Assembly: GCF_009914755.1 (NCBI RefSeq)
Contig: NC_060943.1
From: the human T2T-CHM13v2.0 reference genome, Homo sapiens
Length of the DNA: 64,000 nucleotides
Direction: 5' to 3' (one strand)
Shown here: one piece after another, positions 49,188 to 64,000 of the stretch
Numbering within the stretch: position 1 is the stretch's first letter
Layout of the letters: every line of letters begins with the position of its first letter
The notes under the pieces: generated by a model
Database searches by the model: none
Told to the model about the DNA's origin: nothing
Seen by the model: the letters and a program-made list of their open reading frames with translations, nothing else
Program-made: the position numbers and the translations under genes

Positions 49188-51029
49188 TTATCAGTGCAGA
49201 GTTAGGCCAGATTCATTTTCAGAGTAGGAGGGAATTTCAAATTATGGGTGAAATGTCCCAACTGCCGGAAGGTGAAAGTGTTCTGTGATGTAAAATTTAG
49301 GTCACACTCTATAAAGCTTCTCCTTATTCTATGTGTGAACAGCTAGTCTGTATCTTCACCTATGCATATTTAAAAATCAACCTTACGAAGGCTCTTGGCC
49401 ACCATAATCCTTCCTACCCTGTAGCAAGAGCCCAGCCTCAGACTATGCTTCCTTCTGCCTCCGAGTGCAATGCCTTCCCCCGAGTCTCCAAGGTACCAAA
49501 CCGGTCAGGGGCAGCTGAGACAGCTCTACTTGTACGAGTCCTCCCCAAGCCCTTGAAATCACAGGCATCTCTGCTGTCCCTGCCCTTTATCCACATCACT
49601 GAACAATTAAGCACACACATCTGTGTAGTTTTATTTAAACTGTTCCATGTGTGTTTGTTTACAATTAACAACATGAATGACTGCAGTATGGATGCAGCAG
49701 AAAGGAATGCTGAGGGAGGACTCCAGTTGGAATGAGCCACTTTTCCAGGACTAGGAATGAACTTTCCCCAGTACCAACAAGGCAGCCTCCAGGGCAAGAA
49801 ATGGTAACAGAATCCATCCTGTTGACAGTCAAGATGGAATTACAGAGAATTCTCACCTCTTTTTTGACTCTCAGGTGGAAACCCCCTTCCCATGGGGTGA
49901 AGCGCAGTCTGCTCCAGAGACCCACTGTTAGGGTCGGGGATGTCACAGAAATTAACAGGGCAGCCAATTCCCATCCAGAGGGGCCCAGGATGACCCCGAA
50001 CCCTCTAGCTCAGCCCCAAGCTCGGGCCAGGGAGTGAAGCCTTTGTCCCCAAGCAACAGAGTGAGGGTCTGTCTCTAACCCGGTGGGCTCCAGTGAAAGG
50101 AAAATGGCCTGGAGGTGCCCACAGGAGGGCGCCCTAGTTCTGAGACAGGTCTACGGCTCCCAGACTGCGTCCCCATGAGTAACAGAGGGACACGCAGAGG
50201 GGCATACTGAGTGCCTATAGGGGACTCACAGACTGCAGATGCACGCTGCGGATCCAGAAGCCGGTCAGGTAATGAGGTGCAGAGGTGTGGGGAAGACCTG
50301 GATGCCTCCCTGGGTGCCAACCAGCCTAACCAGCCGGGGCCACCAAACAGAAGTGCTTCTGACATTAACGCGACACACAGAAGGTGTGTAGGGTGGGTAG
50401 TGGAAGTGACCGCAGAGGCCTCTGGGGATTGTAGTTTTGGAGCTAGAGAGGCGGGCAAGCAGTTGGCTTCGCCCACACGGTGTGCCTCTCACATCTGCAC
50501 AGCGCACACAACCAAGCTTAGGAGCCGACTGTTAAGATGCCCCAGTGACACGGACAAGTTTCTCCTCTGCAACCCAATGAGAGCTGCTGACCACGAGAGC
50601 ATCGCGGGACCGCCAAAGGATTCTGGAAAATGTGGTCCCGGGTGGCCAGTGTGCGCTGACCTTCACCTGAAGGTGAGCTGAGCTCACCATGCAAGTCTCC
50701 ACCCTGGGGTGCCCTTCCCCAAGCAGATGCCAGGTTGGGGCAGAAGCAGTTCAGGGAGAAGCGATGCGCTCCTGGGACTGCCGGTTTGGGGGCAACATCG
50801 GCCCTGTGTCCCCTAGAGTAGGAGGGTGTACCAGGATGGGGAACCCCAAGGCCGTTTTCAGGGAGAACAAGATTGGCTTGAGGCAAACTCCCGGAATGGA
50901 GATGGGGAGAGTCTGGTCGCATTTCCCCAGGAGTTTAGGGGATGAAGGCTGGACTTGGGTGAACAGCAAAAGATCCCCTGGTGATAGTGGTGGTGAGGAT
51001 CAGAGGCTTGAGCCAGAAATTCCCGAGGT

Positions 51030-51358
<329 letters not shown>

Positions 51359-52355
51359 TAACTTAAAGGTTTTTATTTTTCTCTATTTTTACTCTTACAG
51401 GTACGGCTTGAAGGAGACTTCTGGAGGGTGGGGTGGTGTTGAAGAGAAGGCACAATTGTCACCATTTTGTTCAACATGGGCGTTTTCTTTGTGCATTGAT
51501 TTGCATTTTTAAAGGTATTCCATTAAAAATATGTTTATCTATTTTAATGTTTTTTTTGGTGCCCCTTTAAATTCTCTATCCACAGTCCTGAGCCTTAATA
51601 CGAAGTGAGGGCCTGGCCTCTGGGCATCAAGCAGCCAGAAAGTCCCTTAGGAGCTTTCTCTGAATTGTTGAATTGTGACTGATCTTTTCCTTTCCTGACT
51701 TCCTTAATATCCACAATTTCCTCGTAACCATCCCCCCAAAGCCACACCCACAAGGCACCTCCAAGACCTATCATGAAGCAGATATTCAAAGATTATTTGT
51801 AAATCTTCACACCCCACCCCTTCCAGAATGTCTTCCAACATCCCTTCGCCTGGAGAAATAAAACACAACACAAGGTTTGCATGTTGAGTATCAGCCTCTC
51901 CCATTGGGTGGGTGTTTAGGAAAAAGAATCAGCCAAGAGCCCTATTCCAGCCCAGGTAAATGACTTTGCCAAAGATTTAATATCCACAAATGTACAATGC
52001 TCACTGGGAACCAAAGTCAGGCATGGGGCTGGGCTTTAAGGAGCACAAACAAAAAGGAGGGACTAGAAAACTTCAGAAAGGTATTGGTGGGGGATGTTGC
52101 GGGGGGACAGGGGACAGCGAGGATGTGGGATCCCGAGATCATCCAAATCCCTATGTGTAGACATATGTGTATAAAGGCCTTTAAGAGACTCAGGCTGATG
52201 GGGTATCTGTAATAAATCAAACATAATATAACAGCACGTCAAGTGATAAGGGGACTCTGGAAAAACAAGCAGCAAAAGGAGCAGTATCAAACTCCACAGA
52301 AATTCACAAACATCAAGACACCAAGAAAGCTGCATTCATTTAAATCAAGGTGACA

Positions 52356-52640
52356 GGCTGGGCTCTGTAGCTCCAGCCTGTAATCCTAGCACTTTGGGAG
52401 GCCAAGGTGGGCAGATCATTTGAGGTTCAAGACCAGCCTGGCCATTATGGTGAAAGCTCCTCTCTACTAAAAATACAAAAATTAGCTGGGCATGTTGGTG
52501 GGTGCCTGTAATCCCAGCTAAAGAGGCTGAGGCAGGAGAATCACTCTGAACCTGGGAGGCAGAGGTTGTAGTGAGCAGAGATCACGCCATTGCACTCCGG
52601 CCTCGGGGACAGAACCAAACTCCATCTCAAGTAAATCAAT
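52356..52640 (+). mobile_element. Alu with TSD AAATCAA(A)GGTGACAG
   Basis: Alu body; flanking direct repeats at ~52342-52356 and 52641-52656. Confidence 0.93.
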
Positions 52641-52869
52641 AAATCAAAGGTGACAGTTACTGAGTGATGCGGGCCAGGTACAATGATATACCTTCATCTG
52701 GATTACCCTCGTGAATCTGAATCACTTGTGTGATATCTGTGCTTTAACGAGTCCTATTTCCCATACTCTTAGCTGGCTTGAGATGTGAAAATCCACCTAA
52801 ATTATAAACAGAGTGAAAAAAAAAAAAAAAAAACTAGTGATGTCCTTCCAGGGAACATGTCTAGTTAAA

Positions 52870-53398
<529 letters not shown>

Positions 53399-53834
53399 CT
53401 ACCTAGCAAGACTTATAGAATGAGACTAAAACCATGGCTGGAGGAAAACTTTTAGCCTGAAAGTAGCCTATGACTTAGAAATTAAGGCAAAAAACTAAGG
53501 AGTAAGAAGTTACCCTTCAGGTTAGAAAACCAACAGCATAACAGGAAATGAGAGAGGGAGGAAATAATCAGATGGGGCTGAGATGGGGGCTTCTGGGGAT
53601 GAAGGAGGCAGGAAGAGCATGTGAAGTTTGTGCATAAAGTCACTCCCTAAGGACAGTCCCTGGGAGGAAGGTGGGTGCACAACGATCGAGCTAGATGTAG
53701 AAGGTCTAGAAGACAATCCTGGAGGGTACATTCAGGGGTTGACAGCAGATAAGAAAACAGGAGGGAAAGTCAAGCGTGGAGCCTTTCCTGTCCCCAGCAT
53801 GGAAGACAGCAGGAGCTGGTGAGTGAAAGTGATA

Positions 53835-53990
53835 AACAGCCTTCTCATCACAAAAAAAGTCAAGTACTTGAGGTAACGGATAGGTTAATTTGATTCTCAT
53901 TCCACACTGTATTGAAAAATCACAACATCATTTTATACCCCATAAATATATACAATTTAGAAGATACATAAAAATCAGCAAGAAAAAAAT
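53835..53990 (+). mobile_element. L1MA-type 3' end fragment
   Basis: tctcatcacaaaaaa..gaggtaacggataggttaatt..cattccaca..aacatca..taccccataaatatatacaattt resembles L1MA 3'UTR ends. Confidence 0.65.
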
Positions 53991-54046
53991 AAACTATTCT
54001 TTGAAATATTTTTCAAACATGCAATTTATGGGGTACAACCTAATTC

Positions 54047-54049
<3 letters not shown>

Positions 54050-54078
<29 letters not shown>
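54050..54078. repeat. (TA)n microsatellite
   Basis: Directly visible. Confidence 0.97.
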
Positions 54079-54081
<3 letters not shown>

Positions 54082-55034
54082 TTTTAAACAGGGAGTCAAT
54101 AAACACAGGAAACAGCCCCTTGGGAGGGAGATAAGGAAAATGGCCATAATGTGCCCTTAGAAAGACACAGCATTTAAATCCATGCATGTGAGAACTCCAG
54201 GGTTCAAGGTAAGACCAGGTCAGTGAAGAACAGCCGGCTTATCACCTATAGCCACAGGATGGCACCAACACCCACTGCTCCAGCCTGAGCTGGCCAGAGA
54301 GAGAGAACATTCAAGAAAAGCTGGGACTTCCCAGAAGGCCTGAGACCTGCAGGTCCCACACTGAAGTCCAGTGAGGGAGGAAGGTATGATATGAGGTGAA
54401 AAAAATACCATAGAGGTGTAGTTGAAATGAAACATTTAATAGTTATTAAATAGTCATTGTACTTCTGGTAAAAGTAGGTAAAATGACAGAAAACGAGACG
54501 AATGAGCCAGACACCACAGATATGTAATGATGGACAATGACCTGATGTGGAGTGTTCACCCACACATGCAGACTTTATATGTTCACATAAACATTTATCT
54601 GCATGCATCACCCCATAGAGATGTTTACACAAACTGCACTGACACTGTGAAGTCAACGAGGAGATAAAGTAAAAATCAAATAGTTATGGAGAGGGTTGAT
54701 CTGTTTAGTGGGAAACCCTTCAGAACACGCACACAGCATCTCCCCTCCCTTCTGAATACCATCCATAGCCTGCAGTAGATGGCAAATCACAGCCTGGGCC
54801 ACCCTTCCCAGAATGTCCCAAACATGGACATGCAGACCACAGAACTCACCAGATACTCAAGATGGGTGGTGCCGGGCTCTGAAAGACATGCTTCAAGTAA
54901 GAGGGACTAGAAAACTCTGCCAGGGAGCAAGAGGGATCGGGGATTCCAGGAGGATCCAGGGGCCTGTGCAAAGAGCAAGCAGTGAGCAGACGTGTGTGTC
55001 AGTGATCCGGTGGCATGAACTCAACACCATCTAA

Positions 55035-55215
55035 TACAGCAGCTCACATTTCTGTGTGCATCAGACTCACCTGGGGACTTGTTAAATACAGATTGTTGGG
55101 TCTCACTCCTAGAGTTTCTTCTTCAGTATTCTGGGGAGCAGCCTGTGAATCTGTATTTCCAGCATGATTTTCAGGTGCTATTGATACTGTTGGTCCAAGG
55201 ACCACACTATGATCT
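55035..55215. mobile_element. MER5A-like hAT-Charlie DNA transposon fossil
   Basis: gtgcatcagactcacctggggacttgttaaatacagattg...ggtccaaggaccacact matches the MER5A consensus. Confidence 0.75.
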
Positions 55216-55417
55216 AATTTAGCACCAGGTTAGGGGAGGAACTAAGGAGCAAAGAAGCAACAGAAGAAGGGACCTGAAGCCTGTAGGGGGCTTCTCTATA
55301 AACTCCTCAAACAAAAGCCTTCAAGACATTCTAAAAACATTTACAGCATCATGTCTACAAATACAAGGCACCACGCAGGGAGTGCTCCATCAAGTAGAAG
55401 AGCCCACTGAGTGTCCC

Positions 55418-55812
55418 TCTCTTAGTCCGTTTGTGTTGCTATAACAGAATATCGCAGACTGGGTGATTTATAAGCAAGAGTTCACTTGGTTTACAGTTCT
55501 GAACACTGGGAAAGTGAGGGGCCTGCATCTGGTGAAGGTCTTGCTATGCCGTCCTATGGTGGAAGGTGGAAGGGCAAGAGAGTGACCACATGTGAGAGGG
55601 GGGAGGGGGAAAGAGAAAGGGAAGGAAGCCAACCTCATCCTTTTATCAGGAACCCCCTCCCAAGATAACTAACCCACTCTAGCTTCATCCATTCATGAGG
55701 GCAGAGCCTTCATGACCTAATCACCTCTTAAAGGTTCCACTGGTCAACACTGTTGCATTAGGGGTTGAGTTTCCAACACATGAACTTTGGGGAACACATT
55801 CAAACCACAGCA
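55418..55812 (-). mobile_element. MST (MSTC/MSTD-like) ERVL-MaLR solo LTR with 5-bp TSD gtccc/gtcct
   Basis: tcttagtccgtttgtgttgctataacagaat...tttccaacacatgaactttggggaacacattcaaaccacagca; TSD at 55413-55417 and 55813-55817. Confidence 0.85.
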
Positions 55813-56043
55813 GTCCTCATGTAAACCTTCCAGAAAACCTGTGTGCCTGGCACTCTGGAATCCCTCTTTTCCACCCCTTCCCACTGCAACTCTAACATCG
55901 TGTCCCCTCATCATTTTCCATTCGAGCATAGGAAAGAACACAATCACTACACCCATTTTTGATGAACCTTTCCTACATTAAAATAATTCTATCACTTAGA
56001 AATTTGCAAAAATAAATTTTCATTTTTGATATGAGCGAATATG

Positions 56044-56046
<3 letters not shown>

Positions 56047-56074
<28 letters not shown>

Positions 56075-56354
56075 GAGAAGGAGTCTTGCTCTGTGGCCCA
56101 GGCTGGAGTGAAGTGGCAAGATCTCAGCTCACTGCAATCTCTGCCCCCGGGGTCATGCGATTCTCCTGCCTCAGCCTTCCAAGTAGCTGGGATTACAGGC
56201 GTGCAACACCACACCCGGCTAATTTTGTATTTTTAATAGAGATGGGGTTTTCCCTTGTTTGCCAGGATGGTCTCGAACCCCTGACCTCAGGTGATGCGCC
56301 CGCCTTGGACTCTCAAAGTGCTGGGATTACAGGCATGAGCCACTACGCCTGGCC
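56047..56354 (-). mobile_element. Alu with TSD gaatatgaa
   Basis: Long poly-T, full Alu body, direct repeats at ~56037 and ~56357. Confidence 0.95.
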
Positions 56355-56550
56355 CTGAATATGAAATTCTGTATTAGTTTAATGAAATATCTAAAATATA
56401 TAGAAAATAATTACCAAAAATGTTCAATGATGCAAAGCAACACATACAGTGAGATATTACATCCTAAAATATATAGACCTAAATATGTTATTTAAAAAAT
56501 CAAGCAGAAACATAAGGGGCTCTATACACACCTTTTAAAATAAGCTTTCT

Positions 56551-56838
56551 GGCCGGGTGCAGTGGCTGATGCCTGTAATCTCACACTTTGGGAGGCCGAG
56601 GCGGGCGTATCACCTGAGGTTAGGAGTTCGAGACCAGCCTGGCCAACATGGTGAAACCCCATCTCTACTAAAAATACAAAAATTAGCTGGGCATGGTGGT
56701 GGGCACCTGTAATCCCAGCTACTGGAGAGGCTAAGGTAGAGAGAACTGCTTGAACCCAGGAGGCAGAGGTTGCAGGGGTCCAAGATGTGCCACTGTACTC
56801 CAGCCTGGGAGACAGAGTAAGACTCCATCTCAAAAAAA
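56551..56838 (+). mobile_element. Alu (Sx-like); its tail continues at ~57150-57159 beyond the nested AluY
   Basis: TSD aaaataagctttct at 56537-56550 and 57160-57173. Confidence 0.93.
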
Positions 56839-56847
56839 TTAATTATA

Positions 56848-57482
<635 letters not shown>

Positions 57483-58005
57483 TTAACGCTAGAATTAATT
57501 TGAAATTCTGTCAAGAAAGAGGTACTCAAAAAACATGAAAACTATGTAAGTCACTAATGTATCAAAGAAAACAATCATTCTTGTATTGCAAATAAATACC
57601 CAACCAAGACAAAAAGGCACGTCACATGTTATGGGAAAAGACTGAAATGAGGGTGAGAGGAAAACTGTGACCCTTGAATGTAAGACAGAAAAAAATCAGC
57701 GCAGGATGTTAAGGAATTGGAAATAATTCTCCATATTAAAGAATTACAAGAGACAGAAAGAGAGGAGAGAGGGACACGATAGTCACAGACTGCAGGGGTG
57801 TGGGGTAGATGGGAATAAAGGAGGCAGAGAGAGCAGTGGGGATGTACATAAAATCACCCTCCAGAGCTGTGCTGTCCAATAAGGCAGCCACTTGCCACAT
57901 GTGGCTGCTGAGCACTTGAAAGATGGCTAGTCCAACCTGAGAAATGCTGTAAGTGGAAAACACATTTTAAAAAAATTCTGAATACTCAGTATAAAAGAAA
58001 GAATG

Positions 58006-58593
58006 GGCCAGTGTGGTGGCTCACATCTGTAATCCCAGCACTTTGGAAGGCCAAGGCGGGAGGACTGCTTGAGCCAGAAGTTTGAGACTGGACTGGGCAA
58101 CATAGCAAGACCTCATCTCTTCAGAAAAAAAAAAATTAGGCCGAGTGCAGTGGCTCATGCCTGTAATCCCAACACTTTGGGAAGCCAAGGTGGGTGGATC
58201 ACTTCAGCTCTGGAGTTCAAGACCAGCCTGGACAACATGCCGAAACCCTGTCTTAACAAAAAAATACAAAAATTATTCAGGCGTGGTGGCACATGTTTTT
58301 GGTCCCAGCTACTTGGGAGGCTGAGGTGAGAGGATCATTTCAGCCCCGGAGATCGAGGCTGCAGTGAGCCGAGATTGTGCCACTGCACTCCAGCCCGGCT
58401 GACAGAGTGAGACCCTGTCTTTAAAAAAAAAAAAAACTAGCGTGGCATGGTGGTGTGTGCCTGTAGTCCGAACACTAGGAAGACTGAGGCAGGAGGATCT
58501 CAAGCCCAGGAGTCTGAAACTGCAATGAGCTATGCTGGTGCCACTGCATTCCAGCCTGGACCACAAAGCAAGACCCTGTCTCAAAGAAAAGAA
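58006..58593 (+). mobile_element. AluJ-like element (arms 58006-58138 and 58437-58593) split by a second Alu (58139-58436) inserted in its A-rich linker
   Basis: Left arm with ggaggactgcttgagcc (J-type), a complete internal Alu, then the right arm resumes tagcgtggcatggtgg. Confidence 0.88.
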
Positions 58594-58676
58594 AGACTGT
58601 AAGCTATCTCATTAATAATTTTTATTTTGATAAGATGTTGAAGTGATATTTTGGATAATGCTAACATTTTAGGTGA

Positions 58677-59004
<328 letters not shown>

Positions 59005-59373
59005 TCTTTTTCACTTTTCTAAAGTGACTACTAGAAAATCTAAAATGATGTATGTGTCTGGCATTGTATTTCTATTGGAAACTACTGCTGTAGAGAGAAA
59101 TGGTCTCTAGGGAGGCAGAAACATGAGAACCACAAGAAAGGTGGATGGAGGGCAGTGACAGACACATCTGGTGGGTACCTTCAGGTGCGGACAGCGGGAA
59201 CCCAGGAGATTTGGGTGTGGACAGGCCCCCATCTATGCACAGCAGGAGAGTAGCATGACTGACACTAGGGGTGCTGAGCTGACATACAGAACTATTCAGC
59301 TTTATAAACATGTGAAAAACACCGCTAAGTCACTGACATTCCACAGAACAAATCATAATAGAAATGAAAAAAC

Positions 59374-59689
59374 AGCCAGGTGCGGTGGCTCATGCCTGTA
59401 ATCCCAGCACTTTGAGAGGCCAAGGCGGATGGATCATGAGGTCAGGAGATCGAGACCATCCTACCTAACACAGTGAAACCCCGTCTCTACTAAAAATACA
59501 AAAACAAAATTAGCCAGGCGTGGTGGCGGGAGCCTGTACTTCCAGCTACTCCAGGGGCTGAGGTGGGAAAATGGCGTGAATCTGGGAGGCAGATTCTTGC
59601 AGGGAGCCGAGATCGCCACACTACACTCCAGCCTGGGCAACAGAGCAAGACTCCGTCTAAAAAAAAAAAAAAAAAAAAGAGAGAGAGAG
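59374..59689 (+). mobile_element. AluY-like with A tail turning into (GA)n
   Basis: gagatcgagaccatcct, atggcgtgaa diagnostics. Confidence 0.93.
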
Positions 59690-60868
59690 AATTAATCTTG
59701 ATGGAAAATATAAAACACTTCTTCATGAACATTAAAGAAAATTCTAACCACCAAAACATTTGGAATTAGGGTAACTGAAATGGCAGTTTAATCCTCCTGA
59801 AGGAATTTTAATTTCTCACTAACAGTACTTTAAAGCTAGGGGTAGAAAATTTTTTTTATAGCGTTTCACAAGCATTAAAGTTAAAAATCCAAAATCATGT
59901 TTTTCTCTGACAGGAACTCCTCCTCAAAACAGAAGAAGCCTATAGGATTTTAACCTGGAAACTACTCAGGGAATCTGGAATATTCCTTCCAGGGATATCT
60001 GCAGCTGAAACCTGGCAGTAATTTAAACAAAACCAGACAACTCTTGGGGTATGGTTGGAGCCTGAGGTCTACAGATGGGTCATTTTATATGCTGAGGTCT
60101 GAACAAGATGATTTTAACCCCTTAAAATGATGGAAACAAAATAAAACAGAATAAATTAGAAGACAACACAGGTGAGTAGTTTAAAGGGCCTACTTGCTGT
60201 GTTTTCTCTGGTCTTCAGGTCTCCTCACTGCGGCGGGATCCAGGCGCAGCTCTAGACCAAGAAATGGGAGGATTTTAGAGTGACTGATGATTTCTCTATC
60301 ATCTGCAGTTAGTAAACATTCTCCACAGTTTATGCAAAAAGTAACAAAACCACTGCAGATGACAAACACTAGGTAACACACATACTATCTCCCAAATACC
60401 TACCCACAAGCTCAACAATTTTAAACTGTTAGGATCACTGGCTCTAATCACCATGACATGAGGTCACCACCAAACCATCAAGCGCTAAACAGACAGAATG
60501 TTTCCACTCCTGATCCACTGTGTGGAGAAGCACAGAGCTTACCCACTGGGGCCCTGCATCAGAAGAGATGCACATGCACCAGGGTGTGCATTTGAACGGA
60601 GCGATCAAACCACCATCCCCACAGCTCCTCTGTTCATGGGCACTGCAGTTTGTGGCCTCATGTCCTTTGGGGGACACAGTGGGAAGGTAACCCACATTTC
60701 AGTGACACCATCAAGAAAAACACACTGTGGCAATTTGCCCTGATTTCTCATGGGCCTTTTCTCTTTTCCCTTTGGGTTGTATAGACTTCCCTACTGTCCA
60801 CCTGACCACTCTCGTGCTGCCCAAAACCATAGCTTAAGTCATCAGCTAGGCGTTTCTTGGTGTAACTA

Positions 60869-61342
<474 letters not shown>

Positions 61343-62606
61343 TTAGGAACACAGTGAAAATCCCCCCGGCTCCACACACTATAGCGCAGGACAGACCCAC
61401 AGAGAACAAGACCCAAGAGAACCCACCATAATACAAACTCAGGGCAGGGTTTCCACCATCAAATGTTCAAGCCTGCAATGGGTTGGGAAGAGTGGTGGTT
61501 CCTGAGCTCCAGATTTTCGTGGAGGTGGGAGGTGGGCACTAGGCTTTGAGGAGATGTTACATCTGTGCAAACTCACACACAATGAAGATTACACCAGGTC
61601 GGGTGAGATGGTTCAGAAAAGACAGAAAGCAGAGGAAGAGGCTGAAAATATGGGTTTCTCTGTAAACTGTGAGGACAGAAAATACCAGCAACACCCCAGG
61701 AAGTGTTTACAGCCGCATTTCTTCAATTAACAGGGCAAAGTTAGAGCAGCAACAACCAGACAAGGGCCAGGCACTTCCCCTGGGGCAACTGATGTAAACC
61801 TGGAAATCAGCCACCCTCAGTGTCACCATTTCATGATGAATCAAATATACAGAGAAGTTCATTGATGGGTTTGGCATCACAAAGCTAAAAAATAAAGCCA
61901 GAGTCCCAGGCATATACTGAATGCTCATTGACTGAAAATCAACCTCACTGGATAAGCGCAAAGGAACTCATTTTCCACATCCCTTACGGTATCCTCTCTG
62001 GTGGCTATTTGCTCTGTAAATTACCTATGACAGAAGAAAAAGAAGGAAATGAAAACTCAGGAAAGTAAACACTCTTCTAAACTCATGAATAGTAAAATAT
62101 GGAAATATCCCTGAGAATCTAGGAGAATATCCAAAGAAAATGCATTATAGGAGGGTAAAAAGGCCATTTGGCAAAGCCTACAAAATGAGTCCAAAATATG
62201 GTTCACAAGGAAACTTACCTTCCGATGCATCCAAAACAGAAGAACAGCAAAAGAAGCTCCTGATTCCTACTGAGGTGAGAATATCGGCACAAACAGAAGG
62301 AAATCAGGCCAAAAAAAAGTTACAGGCCAATTTCTAAACTGCTGTTAGATCTAAAACAAATGAGAAAGTCCTGCCCTAACCAATAAACCAGAGCAAACAC
62401 TATGCATTTCAAACACTGGGGGACGTGGGCGGGGGTGAGCCTGTTCTGTGCAGGACCCTTCTAACATATGGGAGAGTCTTTGACCCCTCCTCAGAATAAT
62501 GCCATAAACTATAAAAAAACACAATTCATAGAATTTCAAAGGAGACCAATTACTTAGAAATGCAGCTATCAGGATGCTTTAATTTTTTCTGACATATTAA
62601 TATTGC

Positions 62607-63085
62607 TGTGATAGTTTTAAAAAATAGCTGAACATTTCTTGCCACTCCTCCCTTTGGGAGGCAGAATCGATGTCCTGTCTCCCCGATCCTGGGTGGATTT
62701 GCTGTGCTACCTCATAAAAGACCCCTCAGCATCTGCCCTGGAGCCCTGTGCCTCCTAAGAATTCTGACTACCCTGAGGCTGCCAGGCTGTAAGGAAGTCA
62801 AGGCCATATGGAAACACTACATATAGGCACTCAGTCTCAGCTCACCCCTTCTTCCAACATCCCAAGCCAGGTATCAGATGTGAGGGAACAAGCCTCCAAA
62901 TGGTCCCAGACCCCAGCTGTTGAGTCTCCTGTGCTGAGGCCAGACATCATAGACAGAGACAAGTGGGCTACCCTTGTGCCCTGTCTGAAATCCTGACCTG
63001 ACCATGAGAATCCACAAACATAATAAAATGATTGTTTGAGCCACTAAATTTTGGTGTAATTCCTGACATACTAATAGTGTCTGTA
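62607..63085 (+). mobile_element. MLT1 (G/H-like) ERVL-MaLR LTR
   Basis: cactcctccc..gaggcagaatc..ctaccctgaggctgcca..ccagacatcat..cagagacaag..aataaaatgattgttt.agccactaaattttgg. Confidence 0.7.
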
Positions 63086-63333
63086 ACAGCCACCTTAACA
63101 CATTAAGTAACAATAGCAAGTAGCAAGTCATCACTGGGAAGTGTTATTTGGAATTGTCTTGGGAAGCAGTGACAACCATGAAGGCTATTTGGAGATGCTG
63201 TCAGATGACATAAAAACTGCTGTGGTCTCACTGTTAACAATGTCCCATACCCACGGGGTCTACAGCCTATATTCAAGATGGAAGGAAACACTACATTTTG
63301 GTTAGAGGAATGTGATTTATATACATATAAATC

Positions 63334-63642
<309 letters not shown>

Positions 63643-63759
63643 TCAAAACCAGTATTACAGTTGATAAAGGAAATCCCAAAACCTCCTTAACTGGTTTCTT
63701 TCATAAAAGTTACTCTACATACGTGCCCTAAAAATAAGACGTTGGGGAAAATACTACCA

Positions 63760-64000
63760 CGGTCGTACCTGAGCGAGTTAGAGAAAACGCCACACTTTGA
63801 GACACATGAAGAATCCGTTTATTTAGCTGGTGGCCAAGAGACGGCTAACGCTCGAAATTCTCTCGGCCTGAAGAAGGGGCTAGATCTTCTTTTATACTTT
63901 GGTTTAGAAAGGAGAGGGGGGGTCTAGTTAAAACAATTTTACAGAAATAAAGTAGGCAAAAAAGTTAAAAGGATAAATGGTTACAGGAACGTTAATAGTT
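63760..64000 (-). mobile_element. LTR2-family (HERV-E/Harlequin, LTR2B/2C-like) LTR, 3' part, running off the window
   Basis: gtcgtacc.gagcgagttagagaaaacgccacactttgagac..gtttatttagc..gccaagagacggctaacgctc.aaattctctcggcc matches the reverse complement of the LTR2 U5/R. Minus-strand TATAAAA (~63890) and AATAAA (~63820). Confidence 0.8.

Noticed and set aside
60284-60362. Possible C/D box snoRNA (TGATGA at ~60285)
   Set aside because: No suitably placed D box (CTGA) with a terminal stem on that strand, and it is antisense to the presumed host transcript.

Overview
Human/primate genomic DNA with no conventional protein-coding gene. Positions 1-~48860 are the end of a GC/CpG-rich macrosatellite: 19 full periods plus a partial one, 2517-2543 bp each, head-to-tail, with one SstI/SacI site (GAGCTC) per unit. 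This fits the 2.5-kb SST1 (MER22) array, most likely the 19q13.12 array next to LINC00665 (locus assignment from recall, not searched). Each unit carries a CpG-island promoter-like module: an NRF1 palindrome, a YY1 site and outward-facing 5' splice donors on both strands. It also carries a 46-codon Arg-rich minus-strand smORF missed by the ORF track, a compound (TG)n/Gn/(CT)n microsatellite, and FAM27D/E-like reading frames. Unit variants reveal a 2-unit higher-order repeat, a 4-unit duplication and a diverged terminal unit. Positions ~48860-64000 are unique flank: many Alus (some nested, with TSDs), MER33, MER5A, MST, MLT1, L1 fragments and an LTR2-family LTR. The flank also holds candidate exons of a plus-strand lncRNA fired from the last unit and of a convergent minus-strand lncRNA (probably LINC00665). 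The long ORFs in the track are repeat/GC artefacts.
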